This document shows positions 7,333-16,208 of a DNA stretch of 58,247 nt, piece after piece. The notes below the pieces were generated by a model. That model was given only the letters and a program-made list of their open reading frames with translations. It was not told where the DNA came from and did no database searches. Position numbers and translations under genes: made by a program. This DNA comes from a virus (lineage: Duplodnaviria > Heunggongvirae > Uroviricota > Caudoviricetes): IMG/VR virus record IMGVR_UViG_3300014205_000176. One strand, written 5' to 3'. Each line of letters opens with the position of its first letter. The stretch's first letter is position 1.

Positions 7333-8144
7333 TGGAAAAGATTATTATTGGTAATATTGATTGGCTTCGAAACGACTACAAGCAGGATATTCGCATTGGG
7401 GGCATAATCTATCCTTCTTTAGAACATGCCTATCAGGCGGCGAAGACCAAGGATCGTTCAATCAAACAGCAGATCGCGGATACCGATAGTGTACGCGAGG
7501 CCCGAAAGATCGGTAGAGGTCTAAAACAAAGTGATTCATTTAATCGAGACCAAGTAATGGAAGCTTTGCTGCGGAGCAAGTTTTCATCTGAGACGGGGAA
7601 CTTCGGCGGGGAGAAGCTGGCTAAAACCGGTTCTGCACCCATCGTAATGGAAGGATATGATGATTATTGGGGCACTGGAGAGAGTGGAAATGGAGACAAT
7701 GTACTGGGGGAAATGCTACAAACAATTCGTAGCGAGTTGCAAATCATCTATGATATTGATCTGGATGAGTGCGATGGTGATTGTGATGGTGATTGTGATG
7801 ATTGCCATTGTCATTGTCACGAAGATGTCCCAACTCTAAAGGAAGCTCTAATCAATAATCCGGATGAGGCATTAGCCAAAACTTGTCAGGAATTGTTCGA
7901 CGGAGCTAAGACAATTGTGTCATTGCTCGATGCTAATGACTTCAATGCTACATACATCTCACAGAAGACCGGCGCACCGCTTGCACAGATCGAGAATGCT
8001 ATCAAGCAGGTTCAGGCTTTCCAGGCTACACTGACTGCGCTAGAAGACCTTCTGGAAACTCCAAGTAATTTAGGTTCGCCAGACGATGATGAATCGGAAG
8101 ATGATGAATCGGAAGATGATGACCCTAGTATGATGGATGGCTAA
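7332..8144 (+). CDS. NADAR (YbiA-like) domain fused to a Cys/His/acidic C-terminal region
   Basis: YPSLEHAYQAAK...ARKIGR...DDYWG...GDNVLGEMLQTIRSEL; TAATG overlap. Confidence 0.85.
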   Translation: MEKIIIGNIDWLRNDYKQDIRIGGIIYPSLEHAYQAAKTKDRSIKQQIADTDSVREARKIGRGLKQSDSFNRDQVMEALLRSKFSSETGNFGGEKLAKTGSAPIVMEGYDDYWGTGESGNGDNVLGEMLQTIRSELQIIYDIDLDECDGDCDGDCDDCHCHCHEDVPTLKEALINNPDEALAKTCQELFDGAKTIVSLLDANDFNATYISQKTGAPLAQIENAIKQVQAFQATLTALEDLLETPSNLGSPDDDESEDDESEDDDPSMMDG

Positions 8145-8166
8145 ACCCGTTCAGAATTAGTTTCCA

Positions 8167-8210
8167 TGAGGGCCTGCAAAATCAACTAGAAATTGCAGGC
8201 TCTCACTGTT
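8167..8210 (+). terminator. terminator-like inverted repeat
   Basis: TGAGGGCCTGCAA / TTGCAGGCTCTCA after the NADAR stop. Confidence 0.5.
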
Positions 8211-8239
8211 TAATGTCTGGTTCACTGGTTAATGGGTCA

Positions 8240-8337
8240 CTCTTTGGCTCAAGGGCCAGAAGCGCTTGCCGCACCATTTAGACATTCAAAGTGTTAATCT
8301 TGCAGTTGCAGTCTATCTTGTGCTATATGATCGTTAG
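8240..8337 (+). pseudogene. C-terminal remnant of a SpoU/TrmH-like RNA methyltransferase
   Basis: frame ending at 8337 reads DIQSVNLAVAVYLVLYDR*, matching the SPOUT NLA.AV..VLYDR motif; no intact upstream ORF. Confidence 0.45.
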
Positions 8338-8435
8338 ATGAAGCTTTCGACTAACCTAACTATCGCTGACTGTCTGGCCGAACGAAGATTCGATTTCCCA
8401 GAAAATGCCGAACTTGCAGCAGAAATAGGACTATC

Positions 8436-8756
8436 GTGCGCGTAGGCCGAGCAGGAATAGCCGCAGCCATTCACGAACGGTGTGGTCTGCCATTTCGGAA
8501 GATCTACCAGGCTGTTGGGATTATCATTGAACAGATTACCAGTGATCTTGTGAATGACCAAGTGGTTACCGTCCGGAGGTTCGGTACTTTGAGTCCACAT
8601 GTTCGCCGGGCTCATCTTGCGCACAATGTAAGCACCAGAGTGGTTAGGAAGCTTAGTTCGAAGAGATCGGTCAAGTTCCATCCACATTCGGCCTTTAGTG
8701 GTCTTATTCAGGACCGACAAGAACGGTTTCGCCAAAAGACTGATGATAATTCTTGA
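8436..8756 (+). CDS. second HU/IHF-like DNA-binding protein
   Basis: IAAAIHERCGL...VVTVRRFGTL...AHNVST...VKFHP. Confidence 0.75.
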   Translation: MRVGRAGIAAAIHERCGLPFRKIYQAVGIIIEQITSDLVNDQVVTVRRFGTLSPHVRRAHLAHNVSTRVVRKLSSKRSVKFHPHSAFSGLIQDRQERFRQKTDDNS

Positions 8757-8781
8757 CGCGAAACATGTGATTGAGTAATAT
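8753..8781 (+). promoter_or_regulatory. sigma70-like promoter
   Basis: TTGACG-17 nt-TAATAT upstream of the ORF at 8843. Confidence 0.55.
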
Positions 8782-8842
8782 CGCAAAACAGGCAATAAGC
8801 CTAGCCCACGCGGGCACAACCAAATAGAACGGGAGCAGTGAT

Positions 8843-9397
8843 ATGGCTAGCCATACAGATAATGCAGTTGCAAGCACAGAACAGGATATGGGAGAGAAGT
8901 CTCACAGAGGTCCGCGGGCCAAATTCTTCTTCTGTATCAGCTGGAAGACCAAACAGTTTGGCCCAGTCGAAGCAACGACAGCAGATGAAGCTCGGGAAAT
9001 TTGGGGCAAGGCTCATCCAAACGATAAGGGCGAGCCAGTTCCCCCGAACGTTTGTGACTCTGGAGATGGATTGAAGGATATTGGTGGGGGTTCGGGTTAT
9101 TACCTAGCCAAGGGCACTGGTATGGGCGATGCTCAGCGTATCAGCGTTACCGTTTCTGCTGCTCAGATGACACGCTACACCAAGACACATGTCAAGGCCG
9201 AGTTCCATGGATGGATCGTTTACGGTAACGGTATTAAGGGCTTTAAGTCTGAATCTGATGAATATGAGGATGACGAACTAGCAATGATCATGTTTGATTC
9301 TCCAATCAACCCGGACAATAAGATTCCGAAGCCGAAGTTGAAGAAGAATGAAGCTGTACGTATGGCGGATCTCAAGATTGTGTCTCAGTGCGATTAG
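8843..9397 (+). CDS. hypothetical protein
   Basis: 184-aa ORF with SD GGGAG, a promoter and a terminator. Confidence 0.8.
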   Translation: MASHTDNAVASTEQDMGEKSHRGPRAKFFFCISWKTKQFGPVEATTADEAREIWGKAHPNDKGEPVPPNVCDSGDGLKDIGGGSGYYLAKGTGMGDAQRISVTVSAAQMTRYTKTHVKAEFHGWIVYGNGIKGFKSESDEYEDDELAMIMFDSPINPDNKIPKPKLKKNEAVRMADLKIVSQCD

Positions 9398-9433
9398 TCT
9401 TTGTTTTGATCTGACTAAAATCTGAGTTTGTAA

Positions 9434-9470
9434 AGCGAAGCCGGAGTAATCCTTCGGCTTTTCGTTATTT
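9434..9470 (+). terminator. intrinsic terminator
   Basis: GAAGCCGGA-GTAA-TCCTTCGGCTTTTCGTTATTT. Confidence 0.65.
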
Positions 9471-9548
9471 AATCAATTGGCCGATTGATAGGCCTATGCA
9501 TATTCTAAAAGGTCGAGAGCTAATCACCAGCTGAATGCAAGGAGGGAT

Positions 9549-9884
9549 ATGAAAGTACGAGAGAAGAAAAACCTAGTCAGGAAATACTCCGAGTTGAGAG
9601 AACAAATAATTAAGACGTTGGAGAATTCAGATTACGAAGTGGACGTTGATGGAGATTTAGTCGATCGGTTGCAAGGACAAAGCTTAGTTATTGTCCAAAA
9701 CCAACTCTCTAAGAACAATCTCATTAAACTTCGCGCCATAGATTTAGCACTTGAGATGATTGATAAGGGAGAATATGGATATTGTCATGAGTGTGGGAAC
9801 CCCATCGCATCAAAACGCCTTGAAGCTATTCCAGGCGTCACTACATGTGTCTTATGTGCCGAATTAGTCGAATTACATAGGTAA
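9549..9884 (+). CDS. DksA/TraR family C4 zinc-finger protein
   Basis: IDLALEMIDKGEYGYCHECGNPIASKRLEAIPGVTTCVLC; SD GGAGG. Confidence 0.9.
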   Translation: MKVREKKNLVRKYSELREQIIKTLENSDYEVDVDGDLVDRLQGQSLVIVQNQLSKNNLIKLRAIDLALEMIDKGEYGYCHECGNPIASKRLEAIPGVTTCVLCAELVELHR

Positions 9885-9959
9885 AATTACAGTAAGGCTG
9901 TAATTCATGCGGTATTCAACCTACAAAGCAATAACGCAGTATCTTATTAGAGGCTAAAT

Positions 9960-10643
9960 ATGCGAAAAACCAATCTTAATCCAATATTTTTTGAGAAGAC
10001 TAAGGAAGGGGAGCGGATATACGACGTGTCATCCAGGCTCATGAAGGACCGGGTGATCTATTTGGACTGTGAGATAGATGAAGAAGTAACAAGTCAGATT
10101 ACATCTCTCATCTTCTTGCTTAGCAGAGAAGATAAAGAAAAGGATATCAAGCTGTGGATAAATAGCCCAGGAGGATTAGCCCAGGGATTTTTTGCTATTT
10201 ATGATATGATTCAGCGTGTAAAGGCACCGGTAAAGACAGTCTGTATTGGAGAAGCAAGTTCTGCGTCTGCAATACTTCTAGCTTCAGGTTCTCATGGCAA
10301 GCGTTACGCCATGCAGAACTCACGGATAATGATCCATCAGATTCAAGTAGATGGTTTGGCTGGTTCAAATGCTGAGATAGAAATTGGTACAAAGGAACTA
10401 AAAGAGGTTCAAGATCGTCTGACTGAAATATTAGCTCGGCATACTGGTCATACGAAAGCCAAGATCAAGAAAGATACAAAGATGGACAAATATATGTCTG
10501 CAGCAGAAGCTCTTGAATATGGTTTAATAGATAAGATTCTACCCACAGCGAAAACACAACCAGAACTTCTTAAGCGTGAAGTAAAGAGAATTGTAAATAC
10601 AGAAGTTGATTTAAATAGTGAAGAGGATGATGACGAGGAATAA
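9960..10643 (+). CDS. clpP: ATP-dependent Clp protease proteolytic subunit
   Basis: SRLMKDRVIYL, INSPGG, GEASS (catalytic Ser), MIHQ (His), MDKYMSAAEALEYGLID (Asp). Confidence 0.95.
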   Translation: MRKTNLNPIFFEKTKEGERIYDVSSRLMKDRVIYLDCEIDEEVTSQITSLIFLLSREDKEKDIKLWINSPGGLAQGFFAIYDMIQRVKAPVKTVCIGEASSASAILLASGSHGKRYAMQNSRIMIHQIQVDGLAGSNAEIEIGTKELKEVQDRLTEILARHTGHTKAKIKKDTKMDKYMSAAEALEYGLIDKILPTAKTQPELLKREVKRIVNTEVDLNSEEDDDEE

Positions 10644-10917
10644 CTGGCTATCTCATCGAATTAGACTATTATCAAATAGGGTTAGATGTTCTAAGTGCCA
10701 CGCTGACTCTTCAGAGGCAGTTTTTGTTGTGGGCGAAACCATCAAATTCAAAATACCAATAGAGATAAAAGATGACTATTCAGCTAACTTCAAGAATAGA
10801 CAAGGAAAGATGCGTATCAATAAATTTTATGAAATTGTCTCTGCGAATAGTTTGACTCGTGTGTGTACTAGGTGTGGACAATCGAGAAAGACAGTAATTC
10901 CGTACGGCTTGATATAG
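10618..10917 (+). CDS. hypothetical Zn-ribbon protein (start uncertain)
   Basis: two CxxC pairs (CSKC, CTRC). Confidence 0.6.
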   Translation: MKRMMTRNNWLSHRIRLLSNRVRCSKCHADSSEAVFVVGETIKFKIPIEIKDDYSANFKNRQGKMRINKFYEIVSANSLTRVCTRCGQSRKTVIPYGLI

Positions 10918-10938
10918 GGGTTATTTTAACATTAGTTT

Positions 10939-12939
10939 ATGATTGAAATCTATGCCAAAAAGCAACGGGCCAAGAGGAAAGATCCTCAGCAGGAAGCTAT
11001 TGTTGCTGAGAAGGATCTTATCAATGAACGTACCAAGAAGCTCATTGCGCTGATGATTGCTATGAAGAAGGGGTGGAATGGTGGTCCATCTAAAGATATT
11101 GGCGTTGAAAAGTTCAATCTTACACAACCGATTCCAGATATAGTTGTTGGAACTGGAGATACAGCTATGCATGAATTGTCTGATATTGTACAAACTTTGC
11201 GACAAATTAAGACAATGCAGGATACATATGCTGTATCTCATGGTGAGCGTTCTGAAGCATTGAAAAAAATACGCGAACAGCAAGCACAAGTATCAGAGGT
11301 TCAAACGCAACAATCACCAGCTACACCTCAGCAACAGATTGAGGCTGCAGTTGTTGAAGAGTTAATTAAGAAGACCGCCAGTAATCCTCTAACAAGAATA
11401 TGGACACATATTGTTGCTTACAATCCGTTTGCTAGCGAAAATAATAGGGGATACAGGCTTGAATTACTAAGATCATTAGCTAGAATAGATGATAGTCTTG
11501 AGGATATTGAAGATAAAATTCTAAGTCAAAGTGAGTCATCTGTACTTGATTCTGTCTATGTAGCAAAACAATTGTACAGTGATGCTAAATCATCATTCTT
11601 TGGAGACTTTAGAAAGAATATCAATCAGATGCTTTCTGATGCAGAAAAGGAATTGGCGGTTTTGAAAGATGCTGTGGAAGAACGAAAGAATAAAAAACCA
11701 ACGCTACCGACTGAAAAGCCAACGCTACCGGCTACTGAAACAGATTTAAATCTTGATATTGCAATATCAAGAGTTGAAGATACTTTGGCAGAAACTCCAC
11801 CTCAAGAAGTAGAACCGGCAACTAGGCGCGAAGAACAAATTCCACCAGCTATTGAAACAGATTTAAATCTTGAAATCCCAGAGAGAGCAGCAGAGCCAGA
11901 ATCAAAACCAGAGCCTCTAGGCATTGCCGAAGAAGAGAAGCCTAAGAAGAATGATGAAAGGGTGGCAGAGAAGGCTAAGAAAGCCTTGGAGAGCGAAGAT
12001 AGGGTTAAGGCGCGGGCTCGCAAAGATGAGAAGAAATTGCGTGGTCGAAAGAAGGTTCCGGTTGCTCCAATTCCTCCAAGTGATTTTGTTGATTCAGATT
12101 TTGAAAAGGTTCAGCACGACAAATACACAAAGATTGCAGAGTATGTTTTCCAACATGTAGGGACTCTTCTTAGAGAATGTCTAGTAATAGCAAATAGCGA
12201 CATCCCTAGATTCTGGAAAACGAAGATTAGAGAAGAGACTCAGAAGATTCGTAATCTTGGACTAGAGATTGTACAAGAAATGAAGACAGAGGCAGATTAC
12301 GATATTACATACGCCCATTTCCTAGAGGGTGTAGGAGTTGTAAAAGCTCTCGCATATGTAGCTGAAACAGAGATTAAATCTTCTGCAAGCGATCCTGAAT
12401 TCATTTCTGGTTCACTATTCAATGAGACGGAAATAAAGTCTCAGGCAATTAATTTTGCAAAAGAGCAAATGAAAATTTTTGTTGATATGAGTCAGAAGGT
12501 ATCGCAAGCAAGCGTAGCCTCACGATTCATTAAGCGTATGATTACTCATATCATACCGAGACGAGATAGAAATCTAAGGCTAACAATCAGTAGAAACATT
12601 CGCCAAGCCAGACAAGGTCTGCAGAAGCTTTTAGATATCCTTGAACAAAGAAATGTTGATTTTAGGAAATTGATGGACGCAAGTAAAGCGTTCTTGGAAT
12701 ATATAAGTCATGTATTTGAAGAGCTTGCAGACCTAGGTGATATGTACAACTCAACCATGAGAATGGAGAAATCTGTTCGTAAGCAGCGCAGTGTCAAGAT
12801 GACATATGACATGATTCCAACTATGGATATCAATGCTTTACGAATTGCTGGTAAATCTATGAATACTGATTTGTTCAATGTTTATAAACTTGAACAATTA
12901 GAAAGTGATCTAACCGATCCTCAAGGAACAGATGAATGA
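10939..12939 (+). CDS. large hypothetical protein (helical, charged)
   Basis: 666-aa ORF. Confidence 0.8.
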   Translation: MIEIYAKKQRAKRKDPQQEAIVAEKDLINERTKKLIALMIAMKKGWNGGPSKDIGVEKFNLTQPIPDIVVGTGDTAMHELSDIVQTLRQIKTMQDTYAVSHGERSEALKKIREQQAQVSEVQTQQSPATPQQQIEAAVVEELIKKTASNPLTRIWTHIVAYNPFASENNRGYRLELLRSLARIDDSLEDIEDKILSQSESSVLDSVYVAKQLYSDAKSSFFGDFRKNINQMLSDAEKELAVLKDAVEERKNKKPTLPTEKPTLPATETDLNLDIAISRVEDTLAETPPQEVEPATRREEQIPPAIETDLNLEIPERAAEPESKPEPLGIAEEEKPKKNDERVAEKAKKALESEDRVKARARKDEKKLRGRKKVPVAPIPPSDFVDSDFEKVQHDKYTKIAEYVFQHVGTLLRECLVIANSDIPRFWKTKIREETQKIRNLGLEIVQEMKTEADYDITYAHFLEGVGVVKALAYVAETEIKSSASDPEFISGSLFNETEIKSQAINFAKEQMKIFVDMSQKVSQASVASRFIKRMITHIIPRRDRNLRLTISRNIRQARQGLQKLLDILEQRNVDFRKLMDASKAFLEYISHVFEELADLGDMYNSTMRMEKSVRKQRSVKMTYDMIPTMDINALRIAGKSMNTDLFNVYKLEQLESDLTDPQGTDE

Positions 12940-13321
12940 TGCAATTAGTATCAAGGGGCAATTATTCCCAACGCTAGTTGCGATTACTGAAGAGGAACAT
13001 CGTAAAGGATTAATGTTTCAGAAATGGCCTCCTCCAATTATGTCATTCCCGTACAAGCGCGCAGCTACGAGAAGATTTTGGATGAAGAATACTCAAACAC
13101 CATTAGATATCGTATTCTGTAGAACAAATCATGTAGTTGGAATATTTAAAGGAGAGCCATTTTCAACTAAGTTGATTGGTCCAGATGAACCATCTGATTT
13201 GGTGGTAGAACTGCCGGCTGGTACAGCTGCTAGTTTGGGCCTAAGTGTTGGAGATTATGTAAGCTTCTCGCCCACCAAAGTGACGGCCGAACGCCACAAA
13301 AAGTACGGTGTTTCTTTTTGA
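12932..13321 (+). CDS. DUF192 family protein
   Basis: VAITEEEHRKGLMF...FWMKNTQTPLDIVF...VVELPAG. Confidence 0.9.
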   Translation: MNDAISIKGQLFPTLVAITEEEHRKGLMFQKWPPPIMSFPYKRAATRRFWMKNTQTPLDIVFCRTNHVVGIFKGEPFSTKLIGPDEPSDLVVELPAGTAASLGLSVGDYVSFSPTKVTAERHKKYGVSF

Positions 13322-13489
13322 AAAATTGTATGATCTTGCTCCTTTGAGAAAGGTGCCGCACCATGCCTCCGGGTTTCGGGATGTTCGCTCAGAATAGTTT
13401 CTGTGCCTCATATACTCGAAATTAGTGATGGCCATGAAGATGGTCGTCGAGAGAGCCTAAGGGTTCGGGTCAAACAGACTCAAACTTTA

Positions 13490-13508
13490 TTGTCCAGTAC
13501 GTTGGGAC
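13490..13508 (+). promoter_or_regulatory. motif B copy (TTGTCCAGTACGTTGGGAC)
   Basis: near-identical to 29469-29487 and 57650-57667; sits before a start codon. Confidence 0.55.
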
Positions 13509-13532
13509 TCTCTTGTATAGTATGGTGCGAAT

Positions 13533-14981
13533 TTGGAAACTAATTCAATCAATAACATCAATATCAATGCGTACAAAATTCAAGAAAGTGACATAGATTC
13601 TTTGGTTGATGATTTGATGGATCATTTCTCACCCAGGATTCATACTTTATCAACTTATGTTTATGGTTCTAGTCAGGGGGTTGCTTTTTCTGCATTCAAA
13701 GAATTTGCATCAGATACAATTCATAAAGGTCTGTACACCTTTATATTCAAAAGTCAGCATTGGAGATCTGGTAGAAGTATTGGGCCGTATCTCCTTACGT
13801 GCCTATCAAAGCTGGCTGATAGCCTCAAGTCAGATATAGATTTCGTCAAGAAAATATCCGTACCAATTTGTCCGGCATGCAAGATGCTTGGGGATCGTGA
13901 ATATTTAACCTACGAAGGCAAGATGCTTCGCTGCAAGGCCTGTACACGCGAAGGCTCTAGGTTGGAATTATTGAAAATTAGGTCTTCTCATGATGAATTT
14001 ATTTATCGGCTGAGAAGGATTTTTGCTTTACATTCTCGAAAGGGACATCATTGTCCAAAGTGCGAGAGGTTTATCCCGGATTCTTTCATAAAAAATGGTG
14101 AATCGATTCGTATCAGTTGCCCTTACGATAATTGCGATTGGTTTGGAATAACTTCAGAACTTGAACCAATGGCGCATCCATTGGGTATTAGTTCAGGATC
14201 TACCGTCAGCCTAAATGCTACGATGATGGGGAATTCACAGCATGGTGGCCAGGATATGGAATTCCAAGATCGTCTTGATGCCAAGGATGTAAATCCAGAT
14301 ATCAAGATCGAGCAAACTGAAAAGTATCATCGTGAGCTGGGAATTGCTAAGGCGGTCATCGCTGCTCAGAAAGCTAGATTCGCCAAGCTTCCGATGTCAA
14401 AGGTTATCAAGAAGTATTCGATGTATCAAACATTCGAAATTCTTCTTGAGCAAGATCCAGCTGGAATGATTAGTTATCTTATTCATGGAAAATCAATTGG
14501 TGAGCGCCCGATACAAAGCCTGATATTCCAAACATATATAGGATTGATAGAAAATAAACTTCCTTTCAAGATTGTTGATAATGAAGGCAACCTTATTGAG
14601 ATCTTCTCTCTACTTGACTCCGGATTGAATTTATTTCTTGGTACCAGTGAATACGGAGCCTATGTGCGAGAAAGCGGATTGGTTTCAAACAACACTCATG
14701 AGATTTTTGTGGGGGCTAAATGTAACGGTCCGTGCTTCATCGGGCTCCTCTGCGATATCACTGATGACAATGGAAATTCACTACTTCAAGAAGTTGAATA
14801 CTACACATTTTCCAATATAAAAATGAAGAATACGGTACCACAGAATACTCCGGTACACGTGGTACATTTCAGAATTCCGCCTCACTATGAGATGTATTCT
14901 CTCGTGAATCTTCAACGCACCCGGAAATGTATTATTACGAGTATTCGCAAAAGATTGGGGATAAATGGAAGCGATAAGTAA
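13533..14981 (+). CDS. hypothetical protein with Zn ribbons, possibly a divergent sigma-like factor
   Basis: 482 aa; CPAC/CKAC and CPKC/CPYDNC; segment TVSLNATMMG...EFQDRLDAKDVNPD resembles sigma region 3. Confidence 0.45.
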   Translation: METNSINNININAYKIQESDIDSLVDDLMDHFSPRIHTLSTYVYGSSQGVAFSAFKEFASDTIHKGLYTFIFKSQHWRSGRSIGPYLLTCLSKLADSLKSDIDFVKKISVPICPACKMLGDREYLTYEGKMLRCKACTREGSRLELLKIRSSHDEFIYRLRRIFALHSRKGHHCPKCERFIPDSFIKNGESIRISCPYDNCDWFGITSELEPMAHPLGISSGSTVSLNATMMGNSQHGGQDMEFQDRLDAKDVNPDIKIEQTEKYHRELGIAKAVIAAQKARFAKLPMSKVIKKYSMYQTFEILLEQDPAGMISYLIHGKSIGERPIQSLIFQTYIGLIENKLPFKIVDNEGNLIEIFSLLDSGLNLFLGTSEYGAYVRESGLVSNNTHEIFVGAKCNGPCFIGLLCDITDDNGNSLLQEVEYYTFSNIKMKNTVPQNTPVHVVHFRIPPHYEMYSLVNLQRTRKCIITSIRKRLGINGSDK

Positions 14982-15270
14982 ATACCCTAAATTCTTAGTT
15001 GATAGTGGTCTGGTTTTTGAAATCAATCGCAAGGTTCTTCATCCATTAGGTATGGCGATGGTAGTGGATGTGGACCGCAATAATAAACGCCAGCTGGCTA
15101 TCACGGCTATCATCACTACAGAAGACCAAGAAGGATTCTTGTATGATGAGGAAGGCTACGATGTTGGCAAAGATAAGTACCAAAAATTCCTAGATAAAGG
15201 CGGGCAAGATCGCTTGAATGTCAGGAATGCTAAGTATGGTTTCATAGAACAAGATAAAGCTAACGTATAG
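14965..15270 (+). CDS. conserved phage hypothetical protein
   Basis: FEINRKVLHPLGMAM motif; overlaps the upstream gene. Confidence 0.7.
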   Translation: MEAISKYPKFLVDSGLVFEINRKVLHPLGMAMVVDVDRNNKRQLAITAIITTEDQEGFLYDEEGYDVGKDKYQKFLDKGGQDRLNVRNAKYGFIEQDKANV

Positions 15271-15278
15271 AGGATATT

Positions 15279-15845
15279 ATGCAAACTATTGAATCATCTA
15301 AGATTGGTGGATTGTTTGAGAAGTTGGATGTGGATTTTCGGAAAGTCTTTGAGGATACTGGAAGTTTGGATTGCCTTGAGTTTCTGAGGTGTGTCGGGCG
15401 TCTCGGAAGGATTAATTCAGACAATCTGTTTGGCTATATGAAATTGTTTATGCAGGTGAGGAATGGAGAGAAGGCCGAGGTACATCAAAGGCTTCAGCGT
15501 AACTCCAAATTCATATTGCTGGAAAAAAAGATCGTCGATGAAGATGATGAATGGTTTGTCCATTGCAAGCTATCCGATATAGAAGGCCCGGTTATTGTGA
15601 ACCGAGGAACCAGAGTCAAGAGCTTGGAGGCTCCATCACTTCAACAGAGCCATAAGGATTTGAGAAACGAATTGATGTTGAGTAGGATTCTTATTCGTGA
15701 TGGAAAGAAACTTATATTTTCGCGCAATTACGAATTCAATTCACTTTCCGCCGCCGCTTCCGTGATTTGTGGAGCTACCAGTGATGGTTGGAAGGTATTC
15801 AAAATTGCAGGCACTGATCAATTAGCATCAACCTTAAAGCAGTAA
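15279..15845 (+). CDS. protein with a C-terminal DUF4357/RAMA-like domain
   Basis: LIFSRNYEFNSLSAAASVICGATSDGWKVFK. Confidence 0.7.
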   Translation: MQTIESSKIGGLFEKLDVDFRKVFEDTGSLDCLEFLRCVGRLGRINSDNLFGYMKLFMQVRNGEKAEVHQRLQRNSKFILLEKKIVDEDDEWFVHCKLSDIEGPVIVNRGTRVKSLEAPSLQQSHKDLRNELMLSRILIRDGKKLIFSRNYEFNSLSAAASVICGATSDGWKVFKIAGTDQLASTLKQ

Positions 15846-15905
15846 TTATAGTGCGAAACAAAGAGAAATGGTCATTTAGTTCACTGTAGATATGAGGAGA
15901 AAAGA

Positions 15906-16208
15906 ATGTCAGAAACAGTAGGGGGCTTAATTGATAAGTTAATGACAGTTGACTTAAAAATGTATTACAATCAAGATCTTATCTATGAGATTAGACGCAT
16001 GACGTTTGAAGAATATAAGACTAAATATTTTTCAGACGAGGAAGGTGCTGAGAAGCTTTGGACTTTCTTAAAGAAGGCTTGTGACTTGAATATCCAAAGA
16101 AATCAATTGATTGATGAAATTGATACGCGGGTAGTTGAATTGGTCAAAGCCGCCGTTGAGGGGCGTGGTTTAGATGAATTTATACAAAGAAAGCACAAGA
16201 GCTATTAA
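15906..16208 (+). CDS. DUF4254-like helical protein
   Basis: GGLIDKLMTVDLKMY...DLNIQRNQLIDEID. Confidence 0.6.
   Translation: MSETVGGLIDKLMTVDLKMYYNQDLIYEIRRMTFEEYKTKYFSDEEGAEKLWTFLKKACDLNIQRNQLIDEIDTRVVELVKAAVEGRGLDEFIQRKHKSY

Noticed and set aside
8334-8819. Minus-strand 161-aa ORF and other antisense or overlapping ORFs in the track (e.g. 512-946, 2593-3048, 10921-11289, 25902-26201, 47668-48123)
   Set aside because: Shadow ORFs opposite or within well-supported genes, with no recognisable motifs.
11737-11872. Direct repeat TGAAACAGATTTAAATCTTGA inside the 666-aa ORF
   Set aside because: Only two in-frame copies (ETDLNL), consistent with ordinary duplication in a low-complexity linker.
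16204-16206. ATT start codon for the ATP-grasp gene (possible IF-3 control)
   Set aside because: An in-frame ATG at 16174 explains the ORF; this cannot be decided without Ribo-seq.
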